A DNA stretch of 64,000 bases from an uncultured Chloroflexia bacterium (GTDB lineage Bacteria > Chloroflexota > Chloroflexia > Thermomicrobiales > UBA6265). Both the position numbers and the translations under genes were made by a program. The notes below the pieces were generated by a model, which worked only from the letters and a program-made list of their open reading frames with translations, searched no databases and was not told the DNA's origin. Positions 37,516-48,087 of this stretch are shown here, piece by piece. The stretch is taken from assembly GCA_963849635.1 (NCBI GenBank), contig CAWKIA010000040.1, forward strand, positions 145,022 to 209,021, written 5' to 3'. Position 1 is the stretch's first letter, and every line of letters begins with the position of its first letter.

Positions 37516-38477
37516 TGGCCGCCACGGTTGCCTCGGGCGTTGGGATCAAGACTCGTCGAGTCAATACGGTTGGGCGTGGGTTCTGGTTCGAAGCCTGGAG
37601 CCGATTGCGTCTCAACCGGGCCGCCATGGCGGGACTTACCGTCATCGGTGTCCTCGTCGTCCTGGCGATCCTTGCGCCGCTTCTGACGCCGTATCACTAC
37701 GCTGACGGTAATCTGCTGGCCGGATCACAGGGACCGAGTCGCAGCCATCTGCTCGGCACCGACGAACTGGGGCGCGACATCCTGACGCGGCTGCTCTACG
37801 GGGCGCGGGTGTCCTTGACGGTCGCGATTGCCGCCCAGATCGTGATCGTCCTGATCGGCGTCCCGGTCGGGCTGCTTACCGGCTACGTCGGCGGCTGGCT
37901 CGACATGGCGGTGATGCGCGTCATCGACGCGATCTACGCGCTCCCGAGCCTGCTCATCGCGATCCTGATCATGTCCATGTTGCGTAGCAACATCTCGGCG
38001 TCGGCCAAGGCATCAGGCAATTGGCTGACATCTCTCGACCGGTTGACCGAGGGATTGGTCGGGATCTTCATCGTGATGTCGCTCACCCACTGGTTGACCG
38101 TGTCGCGGCTCGTGCGTGCCCAGGTCCTGTCAGTCAAAGAGCGAGAACACGTTGAGGCGGCGAGGACCCTTGGCGCGACCGTGCCCCGGATCGTCGGGGT
38201 CCACATCCTGCCCCATGTCCTCGCCCCGGTGATTATCGCGATCGCCTTCGGTGTTCCTGGCGCGATCATGCTCGAGGCCAGCCTCTCCTTCCTCGGCATC
38301 GGGGTCAACCCACCTACCCCCTCCTGGGGACTGATGATCTCGGGCGGGATCACCAACATGCGCTCCCATCCGCACATGCTGATCTCCCCTGCTCTGACAC
38401 TCGGCGTGACATTGCTCGCCTTCACCTTCTTAGGCGACGGCCTACGGGACGCGATGGATCCGCATATGAAGCGGTGA
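37515..38477 (+). CDS. ABC transporter permease (DppC/OppC-like)
   Basis: 320 aa, with the start overlapping the upstream stop. Contains LGTDELGRDILTRLLYGARVSL, typical of DppC-type permeases. Confidence 0.9.
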   Translation: MAATVASGVGIKTRRVNTVGRGFWFEAWSRLRLNRAAMAGLTVIGVLVVLAILAPLLTPYHYADGNLLAGSQGPSRSHLLGTDELGRDILTRLLYGARVSLTVAIAAQIVIVLIGVPVGLLTGYVGGWLDMAVMRVIDAIYALPSLLIAILIMSMLRSNISASAKASGNWLTSLDRLTEGLVGIFIVMSLTHWLTVSRLVRAQVLSVKEREHVEAARTLGATVPRIVGVHILPHVLAPVIIAIAFGVPGAIMLEASLSFLGIGVNPPTPSWGLMISGGITNMRSHPHMLISPALTLGVTLLAFTFLGDGLRDAMDPHMKR

Positions 38478-38720
38478 GGCGTTGGGCGTTCGATGGTTGC
38501 TTCCAGCCGAACGCCGAACCCCGTCAGGAGGAACTGCGCATACCCACCAACCGTCATCCTGAGCTTGCGAAGGATCTTGGCGCTTCAGCGCCTTCGTCCT
38601 CGTTGGAGAAGACGAAGCTTCGCGGTCGGCAGCAAAGGCCGTGAACGGCCAAGATCCTTCGCTCCGCTCAGGATGACAGGTTGCCTGTTGCAGACGCACA
38701 ACGCCCCAACCCTTAACTCC
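38478..38720. repeat. MITE/REP-like palindromic element (GTCATCCTGAGC family) with GGCGTT heptamer flank
   Basis: It starts directly after the stop codon with GGCGTTG GGCGTTC (38478-38491). There is a local hairpin GGCGTTCG..CGAACGCC (38485-38492 / 38508-38515). The long arms are 38553-38580 GTCATCCTGAGCTTGCGAAGGATCTTGG and 38649-38677 CCAAGATCCTTCGCTCCGCTCAGGATGAC (12 + 14 bp perfect). The right flank is AACGCCCCAACCC. Confidence 0.75.
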
Positions 38721-38736
38721 TCGTAAAGGAGACGAT

Positions 38737-40602
38737 GTGACCAGGACTATCCCCGGGACCCGGGAGACGACGCTGACACCGGCGCTCATTGCGCACCAGA
38801 AGACGATCTCAGCGCCTCGGCTCTCGCCGGACGGGCGAACGCTCGCGTTTGCCGCTGAGTACGACGGGCGGACCGATCTCTTCGTCCTCGGGGAGAAAGG
38901 CTGGCCGGTTCAAGTAACTGCCGACCGAGCGATGTCCGGCGGCAACTACGCCTGGTCTCCGGACGGTGCTGGGTTCGTCTTCACGGCATCAGACGGCAAA
39001 CTCTGGCTTTGCCCGGCGCATGGCGGGTCACCCCGGCGATTGACGCTGCGCGAGGGCCGGCACCAAACACCGCGGTACTCGCCCGACGGACGCTTCGTCA
39101 GCTTTATCTGCGATCGCGGCGACGAGATCGACGTGGTGGTGGTGTCGGTTGACGGGACGTGGCAGCGCGTCCTCAATCGGGCGACGGACTTCCCGATGGA
39201 TCCGTCCTGGTCACCAGACGGGACGCGCGTCGTCTGGCATGCCTATCCGAACAACCAGATGCCGTGGGATGAGAGTTCGCTCGTCGTCGCCGACGTCGAA
39301 GGTGGCGAGCCGCGGACCATTGCCCAGGCGTCGCGGACAGCCTACGCCAATGCCCGCTTCTCGCCGGACGGCAGTCGCATTGTCTGTGTCTGCGATCACT
39401 CCGGCGCGCTCAACGTCACGGAGTTCAGCGCGGACGGCGCGGACCGGCACCTTCTCCATGAGGACCGCTGGGAGCACGGCGAGCCAGCCTATTCGCCCGA
39501 CGGCCAGACGATCGTCTTCACCCGCAACGTCGACGGTGACTACACGCTCTGGGCCGTGGAGAGTGGCGGCGGAAATGTGCGACCGCTGACGGATGATCCT
39601 GGTCGGGCCGGTAGTCCATCGTGGACACCGGACGGGCAGACGGTTGTCTACGTCCACGAAAGCCCCGTCGCTCCGCCCGACGTCTGGGAGGTCGATGTGG
39701 CGACCGGGCGCCGCCGCCAGCGCACGTTTGCGGCGATGGGCGGCATTTCCGCCGACGACCTGACGATGCCGGAGCACGTGACCTGGACAAGTCCCGATGG
39801 GTTCGAGGTCCACGGGCTGCTCTACACGCCGAAGGTGATCGAACCTGGACAGCATGGGTGTCTCGTCGAGATCCATGGCGGGCCGATGAACCAGTCTCGC
39901 GCCGCCTGGAACGGACTGCTGCAATACCTCGTCCAGCGCGGCTGGGTGGTGATCCAGCCGAACTATCGCGGAACTCTCGGGTATGGCCGGGCCTATCGCG
40001 AGGCGCTCTTTGGATCATGGGGCAAAGGTGACCTCGAGGACAACCTGGGCGGGATCGACCTTTGCGCGGATCGGGGACTGATTCGGCCCGATCGTGTGGT
40101 GGCGTGGGGTGGCAGCGCGGGCGGCTACTCGACCATCGTCTGCCTGACGGGCGCCCCCGATCGGTTCGCCGCCGGCGTGGCCCTCTTCGGGCTCTACGAT
40201 CTCTACTCGGCAGGGCTCGAGACACACCGCTACGAGCGCTACTACGTCGAGACGATCCTCGGTTCAACGGCAGACAACCAGGCGCTCTGGCACGAGCGGT
40301 CGCCGCTCAACGTCGTCGACCGGATCCAGGCGCCAGTCCTGCTCCTCCAGGGCGGACGCGACCCCGCCGTGATGCCCGCCCAGTCGGAGACGCTGAACCG
40401 GGAGTTGGAACGGCATCGCATTGACTACGAGTACGTCTTCTATCCGGACGAAGGCCACGGGTTCCGCAAAGTCGCCAATAACATCGACTACGCCCAGCGG
40501 ATGGATCGCTTCCTCTGTCAGAAGGTCTTGCGCGCACCGGAGCCCGGCCCTCTCGGCACGCTCCCCTATCCACCGATGCCGATCCGTGACTGGAGTCGGT
40601 AA
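38737..40602 (+). CDS. S9 family serine peptidase (prolyl oligopeptidase/acylaminoacyl-peptidase type) with N-terminal beta-propeller
   Basis: GTG at 38737 follows AAAGGAGA. Repeated SPDG propeller blades are present (SPDGRTLAF, SPDGAGF, SPDGRFV, SPDGTRV, SPDGSRI, SPDGQTI, TPDGQTV). The nucleophile motif is WGGSAGGY, and the C-terminus has DEGHGF. Confidence 0.85.
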   Translation: MTRTIPGTRETTLTPALIAHQKTISAPRLSPDGRTLAFAAEYDGRTDLFVLGEKGWPVQVTADRAMSGGNYAWSPDGAGFVFTASDGKLWLCPAHGGSPRRLTLREGRHQTPRYSPDGRFVSFICDRGDEIDVVVVSVDGTWQRVLNRATDFPMDPSWSPDGTRVVWHAYPNNQMPWDESSLVVADVEGGEPRTIAQASRTAYANARFSPDGSRIVCVCDHSGALNVTEFSADGADRHLLHEDRWEHGEPAYSPDGQTIVFTRNVDGDYTLWAVESGGGNVRPLTDDPGRAGSPSWTPDGQTVVYVHESPVAPPDVWEVDVATGRRRQRTFAAMGGISADDLTMPEHVTWTSPDGFEVHGLLYTPKVIEPGQHGCLVEIHGGPMNQSRAAWNGLLQYLVQRGWVVIQPNYRGTLGYGRAYREALFGSWGKGDLEDNLGGIDLCADRGLIRPDRVVAWGGSAGGYSTIVCLTGAPDRFAAGVALFGLYDLYSAGLETHRYERYYVETILGSTADNQALWHERSPLNVVDRIQAPVLLLQGGRDPAVMPAQSETLNRELERHRIDYEYVFYPDEGHGFRKVANNIDYAQRMDRFLCQKVLRAPEPGPLGTLPYPPMPIRDWSR

Positions 40603-40631
40603 GCGATAGGCGTGAGCGGACGACTCGGCAC

Positions 40632-40892
40632 TCATTCCCGTGATCCCGGGCAGTAGTGCCTTCGTCCCGTGCCACTCGGTCGCCAGTGCAAACCGGCGGC
40701 GAAGCCGGCGGCGACAACGTCTCCATGCGTGATGCAATGAGTAATGGCAACCATGGAGCGGCCAGTGGTGAGTTCCGAAGGTACGCCTTCGAATTCTGAG
40801 TCGGTGGCAGACGCGCTGATCTTGGGCGGGTTGACGTCGGAGAAGCGGTACCACAGTACCGAGGCTACGCCTTCCAGCGCGCTGATCGCCAA
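40632..40892 (-). CDS. Hypothetical ORF or gene remnant
   Basis: The open frame reads ...FDCTPEDLAISALEGVASVLWYRFSDVNPPKISASATDSEFEGVPSELTTGRSMVAITHCITHGD.... It has only a TTG start and AT-richer third positions than its neighbours. I do not recognise a family. Confidence 0.2.
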   Translation of the reverse strand: MAISALEGVASVLWYRFSDVNPPKISASATDSEFEGVPSELTTGRSMVAITHCITHGDVVAAGFAAGLHWRPSGTGRRHYCPGSRE

Positions 40893-40996
40893 GTCCTCCG
40901 GGGTACAATCAAACGTATGTTCAGGGCGTTAGAAGGCGGGGCAAGCAGGCCGGGGTCAGGTCCAGGTGGTGGTTTTCTTGGGGCACGGGGGGCGCG

Positions 40997-42244
40997 GTGA
41001 CGCGCGTGTCCTCGTTTACCCGCTCACGGATCGGCGGTAATGGCCACAGATCCGGGGCGGATGCGCGACGCTCCTCCTGCCATCGTGCCCCTGAGCGGTC
41101 GTCGCTGGATTGCCTGGCCGCCGGCGGTCTGGCGCTCACCCTCGGCGGAGGCCGGCTCCGCCCTCAGGCGCTGGCGGCGAGCGAGGCAACACCCGTGGCT
41201 GACGGACCATTCCTGGGAGAGCAGGCTGCGGCAATGGAGCAGATCGTCGACGACTTCCTCGCCAGCACTGGCACACCGGGCGCCCTTGCCGGCGTTTGGA
41301 TTCCCGGTCACGGCGCCTGGACCTATGCCGCCGGGGTCGGGAACCTGGAAGCCACCACCCCGATCGCGCTCGACGACGCCGTCCGCATCGCCAGCATCAC
41401 CAAGACCTTCACCGCGACCGTCGTCCTCCAGTTGGTCGACGAGGGCATGCTTGGTCTGGACGATGTGCTGGAGACCTACTACCCCGGCATGCCAAATGGC
41501 GACAGGATCACGATCCGGCACCTACTCGGCATGCGCGCCGGTCTGTTCAACTGGGTCGAGGATCCCGGGTTTGAGGAGGCGTTCGACGCCGACCCGCTGA
41601 TGGAGTGGTCGCCGGAGCAGGGGATCGATCTGGCCCGGACCAATCCGGTCTATTTCGAGCCGGGCGAGGGATTCCACTACGCGGAGACGAACTACTTCTT
41701 GCTCGGCGTCATCGCCGAGAACCTCACCGGCAAGCCGATTCACGACCTCATCACCGAGCGCATCCTGACCCCGCTCGGTCTGCAACGCACCTCGTTCGCG
41801 ACCACACCGGAGATGCCCGAACCCTACGTGCGCGGTTACCTGGCCGACCCGGCCGGCGGCGCCGCGCGCGACGTCACCGCCGTCAACCCGGACGTGCCCT
41901 GGACCGCCGGCGCCATGATCTCGACCATCGATGACCTGCGCGTCTGGTCCGAAGCCTTGGTGGGCGGCACCCTCCTCAGCCCCGGTACCCAGGCCGAACG
42001 CCTCAAGACCCTGCCGATCTCCGCGGACGCCCCCTTCCGCTACGGCCTCGGCATCTTCGAGGTCCTCGGCTTCTTCGGCCACAACGGCGGCATCTATGGC
42101 TACAGTACCTTCATAGGCCATCGTCCCGACGATGGTGCCACCATCGTCACCGCGACCAACCTCGCCGACAACGACGGCGGCGGTGCCGACCAGATTTTTG
42201 CGAGTCTCGCCCAACTCCTCTACCCCTCACTCTTCGGGGCGTAA
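40997..42244 (+). CDS. Serine hydrolase, beta-lactamase/transpeptidase-like
   Basis: The SxxK motif is intact (RIASITKTFTATVVLQLVDEG), with YAETNY and HNGGIYGYST also present. The N-terminal region and start are uncertain, since a Tat-like SGRR occurs in a neighbouring frame near 41090. Confidence 0.8.
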   Translation: MTRVSSFTRSRIGGNGHRSGADARRSSCHRAPERSSLDCLAAGGLALTLGGGRLRPQALAASEATPVADGPFLGEQAAAMEQIVDDFLASTGTPGALAGVWIPGHGAWTYAAGVGNLEATTPIALDDAVRIASITKTFTATVVLQLVDEGMLGLDDVLETYYPGMPNGDRITIRHLLGMRAGLFNWVEDPGFEEAFDADPLMEWSPEQGIDLARTNPVYFEPGEGFHYAETNYFLLGVIAENLTGKPIHDLITERILTPLGLQRTSFATTPEMPEPYVRGYLADPAGGAARDVTAVNPDVPWTAGAMISTIDDLRVWSEALVGGTLLSPGTQAERLKTLPISADAPFRYGLGIFEVLGFFGHNGGIYGYSTFIGHRPDDGATIVTATNLADNDGGGADQIFASLAQLLYPSLFGA

Positions 42245-42451
42245 GGGGCGGGGTAACGCGTTGTCTGACTTGACCAGGTCTGAACGATCCGCTGCGGGTG
42301 GACCTGGCCATCAACGACTTCGTATGGACAGACGTGGGCGATTGCCGGTGGATCCGATACTCGATGCTATCATCCCTGAGTGAGGACTTCCCGGACCCGA
42401 GAGTTAGGCACCGCAGACGCGCAGCCGTCCCGAGACGTAGGAGAGGCGCCG

Positions 42452-43000
42452 ATGGTCGCCACCCATCCAAAGACCAGAGAAGATCTCGACCGGCTGGGCG
42501 CTGCTGGCGAGCGGAAGGAGCTCATCGACGGGGAACTGCGGGAGAAGGCCGCGGTGAGCCAGCGGCACGGAGAGATCGAGATTCAACTGACGATCCCCCT
42601 TGGCTCGCACGTCTTGTCCAATGGGCTCGGCCGCATTTATCCCTCCGACACGCAGTTCACCGTGGCGCGCGATCCTGACACAGTGCTGATCCCGGACTTG
42701 GCGTTCGTGCGTGCCGACCGCGTGCCGCCGGAAGCAGATCGCTGGCACATCGCCCCATTTGCCCCAGATCTCGCCGTCGAGGTCATTTCTCCGAGCGACC
42801 GCTACGTCGAGGTGATGGAAAAGATCGAGCGATATGGACGAGCTGGAGTGCCGCTGGTCTGGCTGGTCGATCCCCGCCGCCGGGTGGTCGAGGTCCATGC
42901 GGCGGGCCGGCCGCCGATCACGCTGCACGAGTCCGAGACTCTGGACGGTGGTGAGGTGCTGCCCGGGTTCGCGCTCTTGGTGGCGGAAATCTTTCGCTAG
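42452..43000 (+). CDS. Uma2 (DUF820) family endonuclease-like protein
   Basis: ATG at 42452 follows TAGGAGAGG. The sequence KELIDGELREKAAVSQRHGEIE...PDLAFV...APDLAVEVISPSD...YGRAGVPLVWLVDP fits the Uma2/PD-(D/E)xK pattern. Confidence 0.75.
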   Translation: MVATHPKTREDLDRLGAAGERKELIDGELREKAAVSQRHGEIEIQLTIPLGSHVLSNGLGRIYPSDTQFTVARDPDTVLIPDLAFVRADRVPPEADRWHIAPFAPDLAVEVISPSDRYVEVMEKIERYGRAGVPLVWLVDPRRRVVEVHAAGRPPITLHESETLDGGEVLPGFALLVAEIFR

Positions 43001-43121
43001 CTCTGCAGGTCTCGTTCCCGGCTCTTCGCGCGGACTGCAATAATCACCCGGCCAGCGGGATCGTGCGCGTTCCATTTGGGACATGCGTCAGGGTCTTCGC
43101 GATGTGTTCGGGGAGGGTCGG

Positions 43122-44262
43122 GTGAAGATCGTCGAGGTGCGTACACATTTCGTCGACCAGTTCCTGTTCGTGACGGTCCATACCGATGCCGGGATGGTCG
43201 GTACCGGCGAATCGGGGGCGTGGGGCTTTCTGGAGGCCTCCGGCAAGGCCGTGGAGACCTTCGCGCGCTACCTCATCGGCCAGGACCCGCTCCTGATCGA
43301 GCACCACTGGCAGTACCTTTACCGCTGGACCCACTTCCGCGGTGCCGCCATCATGGGCGCGCTCTCGGCGATCGACATCGCGCTGTGGGATATCGCCGGC
43401 AAGCACTATGGCGTGCCGGTCTACAAACTCCTCGGCGGGCCGACCCGCGACAAGGCCCGCGTCTACACCCACGTCTTCGGCCAGACGCGGGAGGAACTCG
43501 TCCAGGGTTGCATCGAGGCGAAGGCGCAAGGTTTCACCGCCATCGGCCACCTGACGCCCTTCACTGATTCTCCCCGGAACGAGCCCTACTTCAAGACGCA
43601 CGCCGCCAAGATGGGCGACGCGATCGAGACGGTGCGCCAGTACCGCGAGGCCGTCGGCGATGACGTCGACCTGTGCATCGAGATCCACCGCCAGCTGACG
43701 CCCGCCGAGGCGGTGGTGCTGGCCCGGGGCATCGAGCCCTACCACCCCTTCTTCTACGAGGACCCGATCCTGCCGGACAACTTCGACGCCATGGGGCTGG
43801 TGGCCCAGCAGATCCACATCCCGATCGCCACCGGCGAGCGGCTGCACACCATCTTCGAGTTCGAGATGCTCCTGGCGCGGGGAGCGGTGCAGTACGTGCG
43901 CCCCGACGTCTGCATGTGCGGCGGGATCAGCGGCGCCAAGAAGATCGCGGCGCTGGCCGAGGCCCGCCACGTCGAGGTCGTGCCCCACAACCCGCTCGGG
44001 CCGGTGAGCACGGCTGCCTGCCTGCAGATCGCCGCCGCCATCCCGAATTTTGCCCTGCAGGAGTACCCGCTGGGCGAACTCGTGCCGCCCAAGAGCGAGA
44101 TCGTCTCCCGGCCGCTCTCCCTGCGAGGCCGGCTTCCTGGCGATCCCGCAGGAGCCGGGCATCGGCATCGACCTGGCCGAGGACGCCGCCGAGCGCTTCC
44201 CGTTCCGGCCGCGCGAGGTGGTCACCCGCCTCAAGACCGACGGTTCGGTCATGGACCAGTAG
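43122..44262 (+). pseudogene. Enolase-superfamily dehydratase (galactonate/mannonate dehydratase-like), frameshifted near 3' end
   Basis: GTG at 43122 (VKIVEVRTHFV) follows GGGAGGG. It contains AIDIALWDIAGKHYGVPVYKLLGG and IEDP-like motifs. The frame changes at about 44118-44126: ..SRPLSL then EAGFLAIPQEPGIGIDLAEDAAERFPF..DQ* continues in ORF 44050..44262. Confidence 0.75.
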
Positions 44263-44551
44263 GAAACACCAGAACGGCGCGAAACTACCTGTCGAGGAGA
44301 TGAGACTGCTGAGTCGCGTGAGCCCGCATAGCGCGCGTGGCTTTCGCCTGCCTCTCACGCCTCACGATGAGGCAACATGCCATAGGGCGTTGTCCATTTC
44401 GCTAAAACGTTGGTGCGATATTCGCATATGGGTTCGTTGCCACATGGCGAGAATGAACCAAAATCTCCGAACTGTTGACGAATATCGCGGGCGCTGATAG
44501 GCTGCAGCCATCGCACCGGTGGACCACATTCTTCACGGCCAAGAGGTTTCT

Positions 44552-45356
44552 ATGTGGCGTAGCGACGCAGCGTGCACGGTTGCCCTCACGTTCGACTTCG
44601 ACGCCGAGTCCGTCTGGTTGGGATCGTTCAAGCTGGACAGGCCCTCCGCCCTCTCCCGCGGCGCCTACGGCGCCTTCGAGGGGGTCCCCCGCATCCTCAA
44701 GTTGCTCGAGAAACATGGGCTGCCCGCTACTTTCTTCATTCCCGGCGACACCGCCGACCGCCATCCGACCGTCGTCCGCGACATCGTCGCTGGTGGCTAC
44801 GAGGTCGGGCACCATGGGTACTTGCACGAGCCGCCGCACCTCCTCGAGCCCCAGGAGGAGCGCGACATCATGGAGCGCGGCCTCGAAGCCCTGGCCCGCC
44901 ACGGGGTGACGCCCACCGGCTACCGCTCACCCTCCTGGGAACTCTCCAAGGCCATCCATGCCACTGCTGGAGGAGTACGGTTTCCGCTACGACTCGAGCA
45001 TGCTCGCCCGCGATACTCCCTACTGGGTTGATGTCGATGGCCGGGTGACCGACATCGTCGAGATCCCCTCGGCCTGGGAGCTGACCGACTCCGCCCACTT
45101 TCTCTTCGCCCCCAGCGCCGGCATCATCGGCCTCAGCGCGCCATCGAAGGTCGAAGAGATCTGGCGCGGGGATTTTGATGGCTCCCTTGCCGATGGCGGC
45201 GTCTTCGTCTTGACCCTTCATCCCCAGATCATCGGGCGCCACCACCGCATGCGCCTGCTCGACCGCACCATCCAGTACATCCGGGCCCACGACGGCGTTC
45301 GCTTCGTGCAGATGCACGAGATCGCGGAGTCCTTCCGCGCGCAGAAGGAGGCATAA
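44552..45356 (+). pseudogene. Polysaccharide deacetylase (CE4) family protein, one frameshift
   Basis: MWRSDAACTVALTFDFDAES..., with LPATFFIPGDTADRHP and GHHGYLHE. Comparison with the paralog 53232..54088 shows SKAI|MPLLEEYGF equal in length to SKATFGLLEEYGF, with one extra C at about 44954-44958. Confidence 0.75.
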
Positions 45357-45424
45357 GGCTGGGCGAATCCTCGTCTCCGCGTCCCCGCTCGTTCGCGTCC
45401 TGACTCTCTAGTAGGAGTTTCACT

Positions 45425-47072
45425 GTGGCAGAGCACCAGCCGGAATCCCAGAACGAGATCGTCCGTCACACCCTGCGCCTCGCCCGCGCGATCTCCCGCC
45501 GCGACCTGATGCGAACCGCCCTCGCCGGCTCCGCCGCCGTCGCCGCGGCGGGTGGCCTCCGTGCCGCCTCAGTAGGCGCCGCGGGCGGCAGCGGAACCCG
45601 CTCCGTTCGGGCGCTGGCCCAGGACGAGACGCCGGTCGCGGGCGGCACGCTTCTGGTCGGCGTTACCGGCCAGCCGGACACGATGGATCCGCACAAGGCG
45701 ACCATCTACACTCTCTCCAGGTCTACGACAACATCTTCAGCAAACTGATCAACATCGACCCGGAGCTGAATTACATCCCCGGCCTGGCGGCGTCCTGGAC
45801 GAATCCCAGCCCGACTGAGTACCAGTTCGAGTTGGTCCAGAACGCCGTCTTCCACAACGGCGAGCCGTTCACCGCCGCCGACGTCAAGTACACCTTCGAT
45901 CGCATTAAGGACCCCGAGACGGCCTCTCCTTCCGCGACCCTCTTCGAGTCGCTGCAATCGGTCGAGGTCCTCGGCGACTACTCAGGTGAAATTCACTCTC
46001 TCCGCGCCGTTCGGCCCGTTCCTCTCCGCGTTGGCCGGCGCGAGCCAGATCGTCAACCAGAAGGCTGTCGAGGCCGCCGATCCTGCTCGCAACCCGGTCG
46101 GTACCGGCCCCTTCAAATTCGTGGAGTGGGTCCCGGATGACCACGTCACACTCGAGCGCTGGGACCAGTACTTCAAAGACGGTAAGCCGTACCTCGACCA
46201 GATCGTCTTCCGCGGACTGCCGGTCGACGACACCCGCATGGCGGCGCTGCAGAGCGGCGAGGTCAACTGGGTCGACGCCATCCCGCTCCAGAAAGTGGCG
46301 TCCGTCAGCAGCGGCGACGAGTACAACTACTACACCGCCCCGGTCGCGGGCCTGCCAGACTTCCTGGTGATGAACTGCTCGAAGCCACCGTTCGACAACA
46401 TCAAGCTGCGTCAGGCGGTGGCCTGGGCGACCGACCGCGAGACGATCCTGCAGCTCGCCTACTCCGGTGTGGGTGAGGTCGCGAACGAGGAGATGGCGAC
46501 TGGGAGTGCCTGGCACTCCGGCCTGACCACCTACTCCGCCGCCCCGGACATCGAGAAGGCGAAGCAGCTCCTGACCGAGTCCGGCTTCGACACCTCACAG
46601 TCCATCACCTATCTGGGGCTGCCGCAATACCCCGAGCTGCTGCGCACGGGCGAGATCTTGAAGGACAACCTCTCCAAGATCGGGCTCAATATGGAGATCG
46701 AGCAGCAGGAAGTGACGGTCTGGGGCCAGAATCTCTTTGGCAAGAACTACGAGATCACCTCGGCCTATGCCGCCACCATGCTCGACCCGGACGACTTCTA
46801 TCACGGCGTCCTGTACTCGACTCGCGGGCTCCAATTACGTCGGCTATGCCAACACCGACCTCGACGCACTGGCGGATGCCGGCCGGACCGAGACCGACTT
46901 CGAGGCGCGCAAGGCGATCTACAAGCAGGCGCGGGAATAGTGAACACGGAGGTCCCGCATCACCTTCGTCCACTACGAGCTGCTCAACTACGCCACCGCG
47001 ACGAACGTGCTCGGTACCCAGATCTACCCATCGATGGAGCTCCGCTTCGAGGACGTCTGGATCAAGCCGTAG
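45425..47072 (+). pseudogene. ABC transporter substrate-binding protein family 5, multiple frameshifts
   Basis: Tat-like leader RRDLMRTALAGSAAVAAAGG. A coherent SBP is only obtained by joining frames at about 45715-45721, 45984-45988 and 46826-46828. A compensated pair of indels brackets in-frame TAG TGA at 46938-46943. The C-terminus ...ELRFEDVWIKP* ends at 47072. Confidence 0.8.
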
Positions 47073-47137
47073 GGATTCCTTTCCGCCGCAGGGAGCGCCG
47101 GACTAACGGCGCTCCCGCGCGAAACCTCGGAGCGCAC

Positions 47138-48087
47138 GTGGGCATCCTGTTCTTTATCGTCAAACGCATCCTGATCGCCGTGCCGGTCCTGATCGGCATG
47201 TCGATTCTCGTGTTCAGCCTGATCCATCTGGTACCCGGCGATCCCGCTCTGGTCATGCTGGGCCTGACCGCAACCCCCGAAAATGCGCCACCCTTCACAA
47301 ACAACTCAATCTCGACGATCCCCTCTGGCAGCAGTACCTGACCTGGCTGTGGGCCGTTCTCCACGGGGATCTGGGTACCGATTACCGCTCCCATGAACCG
47401 TTGACCGAAATGCTGCTTAGCCGGTTGCCGGTCACTCTGGAGTTGACGCTCCTGGCGAGCGTTTTGTCGATCCTGATCGGGGTGCCGCTGGGCGTCCTCG
47501 GCGCGGTCCGGCGAAAAGGGCCGGCGGATGTCGCCGGCACCGCCGTCTCCCTGGTTGGAATCTCGGTGCCGGACTTCTGGCTCGGTGTCCTCCTCGTCCT
47601 GCTGGTCTCGCTCAAACTCGATTGGCTGCCCCCGTCGGGTTACAGACCGATCTCGGAGGGTCTCGTCGACAATCTGCGCTACATGATCTTGCCCGCGCCT
47701 ACGTTGGCCATCTCGATGGCTAGCGTGCTCCTGCGCACCACCCGAGCGGCGATGCTGGAGGTCCTGAGCCAGGACTACATCACGTTCACCCGGGCCAAGG
47801 GAGTGCGCGAGCGCCTCGTCATCTATAAGCACGCGCTGCGCAACGCCTCGATCCCGATCGTGACGGTCCTTGGCCTCCAGTTCGGCTTTCTTCTGGGTGG
47901 CGCCGTCATCGTCGAGTCGATCTTCAGCCTGCCTGGTATCGGCCGGATGACGCTCAATGCCGTTAACACCCGCTCGTACCCGATCATCCAGGGGGGCGTC
48001 CTCATCATCGGGGTGCTCTTCATGCTGGTGAACCTCGTCACCGATCTCCTCTACGCCGTGTTAAACCCCCGGATCCGCTATGAGTAG
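47138..48087 (+). pseudogene. ABC transporter permease (DppB-like), one frameshift
   Basis: GTG at 47138 (VGILFFIVKRILIAVPVLIGMSILVFSLIHLVPGDP). The frame changes at about 47285-47295, then continues ...LNLDDPLWQQYLTWL... into ORF 47401..48087. Confidence 0.8.

Noticed and set aside
42330-42400. CATCCCTGAGTGAGGACTTCC, resembling one arm of the GTCATCCTGAGC repeat family, upstream of the Uma2 gene.
   Set aside because: I found no complementary partner arm nearby and the match is partial. It may be a solo or degenerate arm, but the evidence is insufficient to call.
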